A stretch of 56,418 nt of DNA, filler included, from Platydemus manokwari (GCA_037951405.1; 5 parts of 5 records of this genome joined end to end with filler, not necessarily neighbours in it), one strand, 5' to 3'; positions 9,937 through 24,043 are shown, numbered from the whole stretch's first letter. Numbers and translations are program-made. Notes: generated by a model not told the origin, from the letters alone.

Positions 9937-12900
9937 TTAAAGCTTCAGTAACAATATAAAATTATCTGCAAGTGTCTTTTAGTAAAAAATTATTTTTAAA
10001 TAATTCAGTAATTTACCTTAATAAAATAGTATTAAGTTTCCTCATTATTTAATTATAAATCATCAATAATAATAGTAAGAGATAATTAAAAATAAATTTA
10101 CATGCTGGTAGATCGGAAGAGTAGATGAATGATACTCGACTTCCTCCTCTACTATACAATGAAATTGTGATGCTCGATAATTTGGTGTCAATTTCAAAAT
10201 TTTCCAAGTTTCTTCTACAAATAACCGTCCTGTTATTGTAATTGCTTCCCGTTATCTAAATGGAATTAAAAAGAATTTTAAACTATTATAGTATCAATTT
10301 CTAAATAAACTATCGTCAACTATTTAAAAAAGTTTTTTATCTTGAAGATATTGAACATGTATAAATAGGTTTTAAATGAAGAAAAGCGGTCATTTTGACC
10401 TTAATTTATTCTGTGAAATTTTCGCGTTTACATTTAACTTTAAAAAATTAATTTTAGGTATATTTTTTTTAAAATTACACCTTATAAATAATTTTAAAAA
10501 ACTATTGGGAAATAGTAATTCGATAGTATTTTATTATTCTGGGTATAAATGTTTCGGCTTTCTGGGTTGATAAACCCTTTAAAATGATTGTCAGTGCTAT
10601 GCTAGTAACAGAAAAAGAGAATGTAAAACTTTAGTTAAACGATGGATGTTGACTTTAACGAATTTCAATTAAATGTCAAATGAGGCGTCCAATGTTATTT
10701 TTATAATTATCTTGTAATTATTGCCTCTAGGGTTGCTATACATCGGTTTGTTTTTCAGAAAATAAGAATCAGTCGTAATATCAACAATTTTTTTATTTTA
10801 ATAAATATTTTAGAATCCTTAGTATTATTTTTAAAAAATTATTTCCATTTTGTGACTTGATTTGTTCTATTTTTAGCAACTCAACTATAATTAAAGGTTA
10901 AATTATTTATGAAGTCTATACAGACAAAATTGGATTGCTGAACTAAGTTCCTATTCTAATCCCAACCCGTTTTTACGTTTGTGGCAAAGTTGTCTGTATT
11001 ATTTTTTTTGATTTGCAAGAAACCAAACTATTAAAATTTTTTACAGACCCTTAAACAAATAATTCCAAATGATTTTTAATAAGTATAATTAAATAATCTA
11101 CATAGTTTTTTGAAATACACTCAAGAACTTCAAAATTTTATTATTCTTATTTGAAATAAAATAACGTATGCGCATCGTTAGAAAATTATTGACGAAGACA
11201 TTATTAATGTTGCATCATGTGATGATAAGATATATAACGATTTCATTGACTAATATTTAATGTCAAAATTATAGATATATTGATATAATATTTGCATAAT
11301 TCGTTGGATTAATAAATCATTACTGTTTTATATAACTTACAAATAAGCAATCACCCCTCAAGTTTAGATTCAAAAATTTGATTGTTATTCTTTTTGATAC
11401 ATCAACATCTATTTTCCATTTGCAATAAGAGTAGGGAGCTAAAGATGATGGATAATTAATGGACTCTAGTTGCATCGATGGATCACTGTATGTACCACCA
11501 CAATCTTAAAAATGAAATTCGAAATACATTTATACCGTGAGTAAATTTTCTTACGTATATAAGTAACCTCATATTTCAGCTGGAATCCTTTCAGAGGTCT
11601 AGTAGAGTTGGTGGAGAAAAATATTTTCAATTTATTACTCATCACACGGAAAAACCAGTCTGTTTGATTGCAGTTGTTCCATATCAGATCTGGAAATATG
11701 ATGTTGAATTATTCAAACAAGTACAAAGCCTTACTGTTATCAACAATATCCGCAGATACGAATGACAAATTAGATCTCTTACAGTTTTCCAGTTGTAAAT
11801 CAAGGATGTTAATAATAAGACCGCGAGTTATATCTGTTTGAATTTCCCATGTACAATTTATTTGTCTTGGATAATTTAAAGGATAATTGGGACTTGAAAT
11901 AATTCCTCTTCTTTTACTCAATAATCCTCCACATGTGCCTGAATACGAAAGAATAAAGTACAATCAATCAATATCAAAATAATGATTCTATGGAACAACA
12001 GAAAATTAAAAAATTCTTTAGTCCAACTCACTTATTTTTATTCGTAACTGAAATCTGGAATATGCATTTTGATTTTTAAATATAATCAGTAATGAATTTC
12101 CGGTTGTAAACATGCTGTCTGTCTTGTGACAATAATTTATTCTACCAATTTTAGGCGATAGTTTTGTTGATCCATCATAAAAGGCCAAGTAACTATCGTC
12201 GCATATCCTGAGAAATCATTATTGAAGTGAACGAAGTTCAAACAAATATCACATTAAAATTAAAAATAAAAAGGACTAACGCGGTTGGAAAATATCCAAA
12301 AAAGAAAATATCCTCAAAGTCTATTCGCATTCTTGTGCCGTAAAGTGATGTTATATACCATTGACATTCAATATAATGCGGAGACCAGATACTATTGTTC
12401 CTTGGATTGGTTATTATCACATTATCAGATGGCTGAGATAAGTAATGTGTTCCCCCACATTCTTCAACTTCCTCAAGGCTGTATTTCAGTTGGAATCCAG
12501 AATAGGAGGAATACTTTTTGAAATCGCCAACAAGTTTGATGACAACTAATCGACTACGAGTTAAAAAAGGTTGAAGACTTGATGGTACACTTGTTCCACA
12601 AAATCTCTCACTAAAGCTTCTGGTGTAAATCTAGTAATATTAGTAATATAAAACAATAGTCATAAGGAAAAATGTAACAATCAATCTTAAGTCATTGAAA
12701 AATCTTTAATGAAACGAGATTAGAATATATATATATTTCAAACTCTGCCTACATAAAGTACTTTCGTCAAAGAAATATGTAATTAGAAAATTGGAAATCT
12801 CTATTACCTCTAGATATCCGTTGGTACATTTTCCATCGATTTTAGGTGGTAAACTTAAAGCGGTAAAATTCAGTACATAAAATCGTCTACCGCGCAATCG

Positions 12901-15900
12901 TAGTCGATATGTGCAATTTTTGAATTCTGTCATCGAACTGGGATACTCTTCATTTTGTAACCAACCTTCAATTGAATCATATATTTCATAGAAACATCCT
13001 GAACCATTTAATACCACTTAATCATCAAAATAACTTTAATTCAGTTACCGATTTGATATGACAATTGAAATCCCGGAAAAACGTCGAATTCATCAACATT
13101 AAAATTTAATTGAATTCTGTTGTAATAATATTTGCTAAAGAAATCGAAAGTCGACAGATCTGGTGTTCCACAGGTGATATTTTGGAATGGGTTTGTGTAT
13201 AAATCTACAATTATTCAAGAAAATAATTGCCATCATGAAATAATAAATAAAGCTAATTATATATAAAATCGATTATAATCAAATACTGCTTCAATAAAAT
13301 AATATTTACTGCGAAATCGAAATAATTCTAACTATTATTACAATACTTAATTATAAATATTAATCGTAAATGATGTTTTCTTAAAATAGAAATTTATTGA
13401 GTAAACCGTGTAAGATTTTAAAGATTAAATGCACTATATCCAGAAGATCAAAAATTTTAAAGCCAATTATTATTATGTATGTTGAATTTGATTTTTCTGT
13501 TTTCAATCAGTGATAATTAACGTTAGATGTAGATTTATTTTTGTAACTAAATTTTTTGTGTCATTACAATGCACAAGTGTTAATGAAAGTTGGTATATAT
13601 GAAATTACTGACCGTTTAAAAATCATTTAATTTCATTCAAAGTTCAGGAGATTATTTTCAGTGTTAGTTTTATTTTATTTCTTAATTTAATTTTTAGATT
13701 CAAGAAACATGTTGAAGTGGATTCTATTTAATGTTCTTGTCCTGGTAACAGTTGTTGCTTAGTAATAAAGTAAAATTCTAGTTCCCAGAACAGACAGATT
13801 TATTGGTAGTGCCGTGGTTTTGATTTTTTCTAATGGTGGATTCCGATGTGCGTGCTTGTGTCTGAATATTAATGTAGGTGTAAATAGGTACAAACGTAAT
13901 GTTGTTTTGATGTAGTCACTATGTCCATGTTCCTATCTGTAAAGCTTAAAAAATCACTGATCATAGATGGTCGAGGTTACGATTCAAGCTTGTTTTTCAT
14001 TTTAAAAATGTTTATAAATAAAACCATTGAATAAAATATCATTGGAATTTATTTTTTTACATCTTTTCGAGTTTATAAAAGTATATTGCCTTTAATGGAG
14101 TTAATATATGGCTTATTTATTCTTTCTTTTTTATGATGATCAGAAAAAATAAGCTGAGATAAATAATGACGTCTTCAAGTTGCCATTTCTGTTAATTAAT
14201 AGTGTTGAGAGTAATTGAACAATTAGTCAACAAAAGAAAAATAATTACCTGTTGGTGAAAGATATCCTCGTAATGAAACCGAAAAATTTTCGTATTTGCA
14301 ATTGATCGACTGTTCCAGGCTGAAGTTCAACATTCGTATCTCTAGTGCTCTACCTCTATCTGCCTCAATAATCCATTGACAGTTGCGATTGGTTGGATCG
14401 AACCCTGGGTAGTTCGGCGAAGTGAGAATTTGTGCATTTTTTGAAGCTCGAATTACAAAGCTACAACTACCTAAATGAACCAATTATTGAAATGATCGAA
14501 CAAATACATGAACTAAAGTTAAAGAATATCAGTCTCACTAATCCTTCTGTAAGTTTCATTTCGTGGAATTGCCCATTCAAGTAGGAATCCAGGATATCGG
14601 TAGCCCTCAGCTGACAACTCGATCACAATAGGTGTCGAGAATTTTTCCACCAATGGAATAACAGATCCACAGTACGATTTCGTTATACCGTTTGAATCTG
14701 TGATCTTTATGATAGTCAAATTATGAAATTTTCAAAACACCAATTTACTGTTAATTTTCCCCTACTACAGGCCCCGTCAGCGAGTTGCCTTCCAACAGAA
14801 AAATTTTTAAATGTGATCTCCAAAGAGTCAACGGTTTCGGCTTCGACTGTCCAACTGATTCTCGTATCTTGATTATAAACATGACCGAACTGAGGAGATG
14901 CAAGAACTCCTTTGTCACTTCGAAATGAAGTTAAATAATCTGTTAAAGCACACATGAAACTGTCACTGTAAGTACACATCCAAACTCACTAATATGATAT
15001 TTCGCAAGAAATTTTATATTATTCGTGTAGGGTCCTCCTTGACTTCTCAATCGTAACCAAACCGAATTGTTGAACCTTAAATTACGAGTCGCATTGTGCA
15101 GATCATCTTTAGTATAAAATCGTCCAATATACGGACTGGTATCATTTGGTCCATTTCGAATATCCAGAAAATCATGCAACAAATATGCGCGCGAATTTTC
15201 TCTGGTAAACTCTCTGAATTGTTGAATAAATATAATATTTCATTCTGAGATATCATGTATATATTATAAAATGATATTCCAAATTTTTAAGCAGTTTTTT
15301 AAATTTATTGAATTTTTTTTGCAAATCTTACTCGAAATTAAGAGTTATTTCACTTCCGGCACTGCTTTTTATTATATATATACAATTGATCTCCAAATTG
15401 ACAGGGTTAGGATAAAATGGACTTGTTATAATTCCATCATCTAAGTAGAAATCACCACCACAGGCTGATAAATCGATGAATAATAATCCAAAGAAGTCTC
15501 AAATGATAGATCCAACCTGTACTTCCGGTTCCAAAAGCAGCTTTAAATATTGCATGACCACTCGTTGATCTCAGAACGACTTTGAGATAATGACCAGTTG
15601 ATATTATTGGATGATATGGTGAATTGGAACATAAAATAGCTTTTATAGACGTACTTTCGCCAATGCCATCGATAATTGTAAGTGAATTATCAGATGGAGT
15701 ATCTGGTGTAAGGGAACAATTTGTCAAATAGTTATTTGAGCTTCCTTCAAAGCCCATAAAGTAAAAGAAAATTTTCAAATCTATTTTAATGAGTTTCTGA
15801 TAAATATAAATACACAACAAATTATCAACCAGGTTCTGAAGTATTTGATCCAATAGTCCATTCACAAATACCGTCCGGTAATGAATATGCGTGAGGATAA

Positions 15901-16444
15901 TTAGGTGATAATAATAATTGATTTCTCCCTGTAGCCATTCGCAAACCTCCACAACCTGTTGAAAATTCAATGTTAACGTTGTAAAAAATTTTCAAAATTT
16001 GGCACTATATATCAATTTCTTTCAATTACCACACGTCATCACAGCCAAATGATGAGTGATATTTAAGTTGAGTGAATAGGCCATGGTATCCAATTCATCA
16101 TTAACTGTATTATGGAATAATGAATTTGTTTATAAGGCCCCCATTGAATAAATTTTAGGGTAAACTATTATTGAAAAATACAGGAATTAAATTAGTGATG
16201 CAGAATTAAATTAACTAATTTATGCCAATAAAATATTTTATAAATTAATCTATAATAGAAATTAGATCACACAAATACCCTCGAAAAAATTCGCCTTGAA
16301 TCCTGATTTGGTTATACTATGATCGGTGCGGAACGTAATAAGCATTTGATTGCTGATCGAATCAAAATGAAGCAATGTTTGGTTCTTAATATCGCCACAC
16401 AACTTTTGCTGACTAATCATGTCATCGGGGACTGTTGAAAATAT
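9937..16444 (-). CDS. Tandem CUB-domain extracellular protein (cubilin-like), 5'-incomplete, at least 8.5 CUB domains
   Basis: Phase-consistent GT-AG exons in transcript order: 16279-16444, 15830-15955, 15517-15780, 15332-15464, 14990-15213, 14749-14939, 14539-14704, 14249-14470, 13049-13204, 12808-12998, 12281-12630, 12032-12207, 11735-11938, 11555-11689, 11341-11504, 10102-10255. It then either splices to 9937-9965 or reads through to a stop at 10049-10051. Repeated CUB signatures: CGG..., SPNYP..Y....C.W.I, ..DG.....IG..CG, SNQMLITFRTDHSITKSGFKA, GFQL.Y. Confidence 0.9.
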
Positions 16445-16767
16445 CTGAAGATGAATTTTTAAATCGATAAATAATTGATCAAAAAATTTGTTTTAATATT
16501 TGTGTATAAGAAATATATTCTTCATGGATTTAATTATGGATAATTAAAATTACTGTTGCTAACAGCAACGACACTGAAATTATAACCAATAAAAATTCAA
16601 ATTTTAAATTAAAATGATATAATTACTAAGTTCAAAATCAAACATTTCGCAATTCATTTGACTGAATAGCATCAATATAGGTTTGACATAAAACTATGTT
16701 GTCATCATTATTTAACACATTTTTACTCGACAATTCATTTTTAATCAGGCATTTTATTGCAATTGGT

Positions 16768-18856
16768 CAGTGGTTTTTAACATTTTTGTTGGAGAGGAAT
16801 CCCACGGAAGCACTCCTCTGGCTCGAGGAACCCCTGTGCAATAATGTAGCGAGTTTAATTATGTTAAATTTAGTATATTTAAACAATAACTAATAATAAA
16901 ATAATACAAATATTAAACAAAATAATGTTTGGTTGGGGTTATTTTATTTTTTACTGGTTCTAGGGGCTTCAGCAACTGGTGTGATGACCGAGCTACTGGA
17001 AAAATAATTCAAGTTTAAATTAATAATTGAGCACAGAGGAACTGAGATTGTTCTGGGCCTGAAAAATAATGAGGCGTTTACGAAAACCTGCTTTAATCAA
17101 TAATTTATGATAAGATGACGAATCAACAATTCAACTACTTGCTATTATATGCTATGGTAACAGCCTTGTGAATTTAGCTAATAAATTAATATGATATAAT
17201 CTTACGCGATGTCGCGTTATGATGAAGTAATAATTATGTTGCCTCTATATAATAATCACTAATTTAAAAGTCAAAATACAAACTCTCAAAAATCTTTATT
17301 AATTGAGAAGACAGAAGCTTAACAGTTAGTGTCAAAAGAAAACACACAATTTTTATCCAAATACCCCGTACCTAGCCTCAGCGATTAACAGTTAAACCCG
17401 TGGAACGGACGAAGATAATTATAGTTATGCAAAAACGGAAGATATTATTTCTCGACAAACTAACACAATATTAATGATCATTAAATTTATGATTAATTAA
17501 TGACCGAGAGTAAGCATTTTATAATGAATGAGTTATAATCTAAAAGATTCTTCTTGTATTCTAAATTCCAAATGGCTAAATGATTCAAAGTAATTTCCAG
17601 CGCTGATTGCTCTTCGAAATCAAAGAAATAATTTCCAAAGCTATGATCGATTAACAGTGATGAATGTAGTGTTCTTTCTCCGAATACGCGTTTTCGAAGT
17701 AATGAGGCTTTCTTGTCTGTATTATCTTCCTAACTTCATCCGATTAATTAAGTTAAAATTCTCGAATTGAAATAGTGTCTTTTCAACTTGTGTTCTCGTG
17801 GTGTGTGCTACCTAGCGTTGGTATTTATAAGTGTCTGATCCTGCTTATTTTCTCACATAAATGAATTTAGTCTAATTTTATTTTCTCATGATTTTTATTT
17901 ATTCTAATTTAACTGATTATTTTCTCGTGCCTATTATTTTAATTAATCTAATTTAACTTTATTTTATACTTTTCGTAGTTACTTATTTTCTGTTTGTTAT
18001 TCTTTATTTATTTATTTTATTTACTTTTGATTTTGTTATTTAATTACTTATCCTAATGATTTAGTTTTTATTCCTTTTGATTTAATAACTTTATTTATCC
18101 ATCTTTCTATGTGCTTACCCTCTGTAATCATTATTGTTTTATTTTTAAAATTTTCATTAAATTACTTTGTCGATCCACATCTCCCCAATGCTGCTCGCTT
18201 CGTCTGCACACACGAATTTCACACTCATAATAAAGATTTATTTCTTTTTTATTACCACATAATAAAAGCGATTACATAACAACACCATTTTGGCAAAACG
18301 TTGAAACAAAGTTATTATTATTCTATTTTCACACAATATTGTTAATATTTTAGCAAACAAAAAATCAATTGTTATTTACGATGATCACACAATATCAAAT
18401 AATTGTTTACTACAGTATTTTAATATAAGGCGAAAATCAATTGTTTTTCCAAATGAGCATACAGTATCGGATAATGTCCTCGGTCTGGGCATCCGCTCTC
18501 CTCGGGCACGCTTCTTTCGGCCAGTCCATAATCAAGGTTTTAGTTATTTGATGGGGTTGTATATTATAGAATATGTGTATGTTCAATATAAATAGCGCTA
18601 AAATATGTATGTACAAAAAAATATTTAGTCTGGGTTATGCCAAAGGTGTACCCAACACAAATATTAATACAAATAATAATACAAATAATAATGAAATAAC
18701 AATAATAATAATAATAATAAAATAGATTTTCGAAATTGAATTTAACATGTTGTTGATTTGTTCGTTGTTCTAATTCAGAAATTTAAAAATTGCGGAACCT
18801 CTACAAAGTACCGGCGGAACCCTAAGGTTCCACCGAATACTGGTTGAAAATCACTG
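16768..18856. mobile_element. Non-autonomous hAT (Charlie/Buster-like) element with a probable nested insertion
   Basis: TIRs CAGTGGTTTTTAAC (16768) and GTTGAAAATCACTG (ends 18856) match at 12/14. Subterminal GGAACC/GGAATCC motifs occur at both ends. The 8-bp TSD is not preserved (caattggt vs catcagac). Confidence 0.7.
17300..18190 (-). mobile_element. LTR-like fragment nested in the hAT element
   Basis: On the minus strand a purine run GGGGAGA is directly followed by TGTGG at about 18179 (PPT/LTR-start pattern), then an A-rich tract, then TATAAATACC at 17820-17829. The left boundary is uncertain. Confidence 0.35.
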
Positions 18857-19180
18857 CATCAGACCATATAAAACATCAATCGTCTATTCTATCCACTTGC
18901 TAAAAATTTGTTTTTCAACCATACTTACAAGTGGATTTGTAAATGAAATTTAAAAAGATGAAATAAGTCTGAAATAAAAATTGATGAACAAAAGTTATTT
19001 AATGTGGCAATATCAATCAAATATTGCAATAAATAAATTTAAAGTCTTGTAAATAATCCAATTAAAATATAATTTTAAAATAGGACTAAATTAAATGAGA
19101 AATCCTAAAATGATTGAATTTTCTATTAACGTAAATTATGATTGATAATTGAAGGAGGAAAGAAAGAAAATCGATAAATA

Positions 19181-19280
19181 NNNNNNNNNNNNNNNNNNNN
19201 NNNNNNNNNNNNNNNNNNNNNNNNTTAATTAATTAANNNNNNNNNNNNNNNNNNNNNNNNNNNNNNNNNNNNNNNNNNNN
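19181..19280. other. Assembly gap with artificial linker
   Basis: N44-TTAATTAATTAA-N44. Confidence 0.97.
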
Positions 19281-19359
19281 TGATTAATGTACTTTATTTC
19301 TTATTTCTTATTAATCAGTTGCATTATTACAATATGGTGGAAGCAGCTGGTGATGTTTA

Positions 19360-19600
19360 ATTTTCGTTTGCAGAAAAGTGTTTATAATTAGCCATGCAAT
19401 AGTGTACCAGAGCAGTGCCAAAGCTTGTAAAGAATGTCAACAGCATTTCAATCGTGCACCACCAGCTAGGACAATAATACAATACTGGAAACAGAAGTTT
19501 GAAGAAACTGGACACTTATCCACTAGGTTGTTATCAAGAAGACTTCTGTTGAAATCATGAAGGGAAAGGTGGTAGATTTTTTGAAGGAGAATGAAGGCAC
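19360..19600 (+). mobile_element. Tc1/mariner-superfamily transposase N-terminal HTH fragment (DUF4817-like)
   Basis: ...QQHFNRAPPARTIIQYWKQKFEETGHL matches the F.R.PP.R.TI..W..KF.ETG pattern of these transposases. Truncated. Confidence 0.72.
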
Positions 19601-22600
19601 AAATAAACCTCGAAATTGCTTTTTATTTATCGTTATTTGTTCTTACTGTTATTGTGTTTTGTTGTGCATTAAAGTAACTCAATACATTTAGTTTGGTTTT
19701 ATTTTAGTTTTAGATACAGAGACTGATGTTAGATTTATTGATATTAAATGTAACAATGAGAAGAATAGAAAATTAAACATAAAAATGAGTGACACAAATA
19801 CAGAAGATATAATTTGTAGAAACGTTATTCTGATGACTTGTTTAATTGTCAACGAATAAGACTTTTATGCAATTTGTTTACTAAGGTTTTTTCATTGAAT
19901 ACGTCTAAATTTATTAGATGCCAGCTATTGTGAAAAATAACCTGATGTGAAAACAAAATGAAACTATTTCATGCACATGCAGTCAATTCAAAACTGTGAG
20001 GGAATTTTATATGGCCTTGAAATCGAATCCACCAATGAACTGATCACAGTATTGTGAATTTGAGATTCTTTATTTAAACTGTCAAAAAATCTGGTTTATT
20101 GATGGTAGAATCATCATTAGTTCAATCAGCGTACTCTCATAACCAAAGCAATGCTCATAGAGCAAAAACAGTGATTTTTATCAAACATATTTTACATAAA
20201 CTTTTCCGGATAAAAATTCAAAAGATTTTTGAAATTTTGTAAAAAAATATGAAGAGTTAAAATAGAAAAAACAATATTGAAACTTTTTATATTGTTTATA
20301 AAATAAACTACTCGGTAATTAATATTGTAATGTATTGATATTTTTACCAGCTGATATACACGCATTTTATCCCAATAGTCACATTAATTGATTTTGTAGG
20401 AATAATTTTTTCGATGTTTATTGTAAATAAAAAAAACCGAAGCTAAATTTCTAAGCAGTTCTCTATGATTTGCTAACATTTCGATTGAAATTGCGAGCTC
20501 TAAGCTGCAAGCTATAATACTTCATGATTTGCTGTACGTCGGGTGTGAGGTTGATTTTAAAAGAAATAAAATGATCTTTTGGAAATGCAATAAATAATTA
20601 AAATTTACGTAACATCAAAACCATTTTATAAATTATGTTAAAAATGAATAGACCACATTAATATCAATCTCAATTTGACAGACAAGTTATTGTGATTATT
20701 TACTGAATTGTTTGTATATTTTACGATAACGATTATTAAGTTTATACCAGGTGATTAAAGCTTCATTAAATTCCCACAATTTTCAAAACTAAATTACTAG
20801 TTTAAACTATCAAAAGCACTTCACAGACAAGCGTTCTCTGAAATCAAAATTGTTTTGTGAAGCTTTTTTCATCCATTGAAAATAATTGGTCACACGTAAT
20901 AAATTTCATGATTTTATCGTTTGGTTTAACTTTTGGCTTGTCTTGTTATTAATAAATATCATAAATTAAAATGAAAAATCAATAATACCGTAAATAATTT
21001 ATAAATTATGTTGAGTGTTCCCGAAAAAGATCCAAAATAGGGATTAAAAAACCATGGAATGTAACCTGTAAGTAACACATACTACTCCAATAGCAAATCA
21101 GTGACTTCTGGAATCAAAGCTTTCAAGTTGGATTTCAACTGTCGATCAAACAAAAAAAATCAAACTATCAGATGAACCAGTGACAATAAAGAATGAATGA
21201 AATTTTCCAATCCAAATCATAAGGCAAGATCTAGAAGGTTTTAATAAATAAAAACCGATGCACAAGATATTGATTGTCGGACAAAATCAAGATTATAAAA
21301 TGAATCGGTGTTTGGCAAAAAATAATAAAATATAAAGGGCAACTCCAAATAGAGTTAGCCCAACTCTAAATAGTATCGCCAAAATATTTAAAAATGACAG
21401 ATTATCATAAAATAGGAACATTATTTGGATTCTATTAATGCATAAAACAACTCAAGCCTCTTAGTAAATTTATTTTTAATTTAAAAACGTCCTACATTTT
21501 CCGGACATCAAGTGTTTCAACTACTAAATCAGGTTGACTATTTTTGTTATTGAATAATGTTCCGTACACACCAAGCTTTGCTATGTGTCACTTAGTAATT
21601 GCAAGGGAGAATCCATCGTCCTAAATAATTTTTTCCCAACGATACGGCATTGTATTAATTTTTAACCCAAAAATTAACGTTTACAATGCTACGGAGCTGA
21701 AGATTTTCATTTTTGATGAATTCAATATCAGAGAAGATTGTCCAAGAGAATTAATCTGCGACGATACAAAATATTTAAGCTAAGTGGTGTCATTAGAATT
21801 TTATTATTTTAATCGGGAACATTGGTTGGAGTATTTGTTAAATTAAGCCGTATTTCATCGCATATTAATATTCATAGCATTAGAGAAATAAATTCCTTTT
21901 TTCAGTATTATTCTTTTGGAATTAAGTTATTGATTCTCATAATAATATTAGATAATTCCCGAATCTAATATGGGTCTTGATTGGATTAACCATATGGAGA
22001 TGTAGGTACGACAGTTTATCTAAATATATCCGGTTCCTCTAATCTGATGGATTTTAATAATAATATTATTATTCTAAAATTTTGATTAGCTCGATTAAAA
22101 CATAATGAGTGAAACAAGTGATAAATTATTAACATTACTAAGATTTATAGAAAATATTCATCCAAGACTCCAGCACTGATCGTTGGTCTAATTATAATCT
22201 TGAAATCATATATTCCATCGATACGAATGAGATTATCTGACATGATTTACATGAAACAAAATGAAACAATCCAACGACATCGTATTGTATCAGCCATTGC
22301 GATGACACAACGAGTTTGAATAATAAATGAGCCTGCTTACATTTCGTCTAAAAACTGACAGCGCTTTGTTATCGTTACATTATTATAGATTGATTACCAA
22401 TAACCGATTTGATTCGAACGATTAGAAAAATGTTCCTGCAAAAATGTCTAAAAAATTATCAACAATATAATATCAATGGATTCCAAGGAACAAAAAACCA
22501 TTTCAAGGGCCGAACGGAAGAGAATCATTCCGAATTATGCCAAATAAAAGAAAGTACGATTATTTTATATTATGGCTTTGAATTAATTCTATTAAAATTT

Positions 22601-22854
22601 TCATTAGATTTTCATTAAATAAAAGTGCTATTTTTAATTAAGCTGTAGCACATAAATGGTCATACTTTTTTTAAAAAATCGATATTTGTCCGAGTTCATT
22701 CATATTATAAAAGCCTATAAAAATAGATGTTTATATAAGCGATTATAAGAATTAATTTAGCAATTCTAAGAAGCCAGTATATTGAAATCATATGTATATT
22801 GACTAACAGTGAACCTCTATAAGCGCATTTCTTAAAGACTTCCGCTTTCAATTC

Positions 22855-23230
22855 TTTAAAAAAATGTCTGACATTTTCGTTTGTACAAAAATGAATTCTT
22901 TTCTCAACAACTTGAGCACATATCTTTCTACACAGTTCCTCATCAAAGTCAAGAAGTACATCGAAAATTCTTTTTAAAAGTTCATCCAATGTTTAAATGA
23001 CCTAAAGAGAGAAATCATCTAACATTGAATTTGGTGATCTCGATGGCCACTTCTATGGTTGTAGTAAATTCTGGTTCAAGATACTTGTTGACGGTTCTCT
23101 GTCAAAATCATGAATTGACATACATACGCCATCTGGAATCATATCCTGGAGCATTGAGAGATAAGTTTCATCGTTGATTGTTTTCCTGAAGAAATAAGGA
23201 CAATGAAATTCATGAAGATTTTTCTTTGAC
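22855..23230 (-). mobile_element. Tc1/mariner-superfamily transposase catalytic and C-terminal fragment (decayed)
   Basis: CPYFFRKTINDETYLSML (like GPYFF..TVN...YL.ML), KWPSRSPN..DDFSL* (like WPPRSPDL.PLDFFLW) and TLDELLKRI...CRKICAQVVEKRIHFCTNENVRHF. In-frame stops and internal deletions. Confidence 0.82.
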
Positions 23231-24043
23231 TGGCTAACCGTGAAGCGTACCGTAGACACACATGTATATAAAATTATACGTGAAAACATAATTAGGTAGC
23301 AAATCCTAGGATAAAATAATAATATCGTTTTTATCATAAATATTTTGGAAATATTCAGCCTCAATGGAAATGTTTAACCTATTAAAACGAAATTGTATTG
23401 ATTATGCTTGATATGAATGTTGTTGATTTTTTTGTATTTTTTCATTTTTGCATGATCTCATAATTATTTTCTACTGGCCAAATTGTACTTAATTTGTTTT
23501 TTTAATAAAGATCGATTTTGAAAAACGAAGAAAATAATTTCTACTATTAAACCGACTGAATTATATGGTGTGTATGAGGGAAAAAATCTAATAACAACTG
23601 GTGCCCATAGCCAACTGGTAATTCGCAATGGAGTTCAGCGAAATGGCCAATCAGTGAATTGTCTAATAATAGTTGCGATGGTGTATCCCCTATATTAATG
23701 AGTTAAAAAGCAGCGAAACCGATCAATCGATAAACTATCATTTGAAAATGGAATATCATGACTACAGAATGGTTATAATGAAATCATGTAACCATGGATT
23801 TGAATCTATTTGTTTAACTAATTATTTTGTTGTAATCAATCAACATACAAATTATTAGAGAAGATAGAAAATCGATAAATCAATATAAAGTTTCTTTTAA
23901 AAGACATTCATTCCAATAAAAAAACATTAAAAAAATTTGTTTTCCAAGGAATTTTTAAATAATTAAAAACAGAAATATAACATCAAAAACGAATTCAATA
24001 ATTTGCTTGAACCAGACTGGATTTAAATTATGATCAATTAAGT

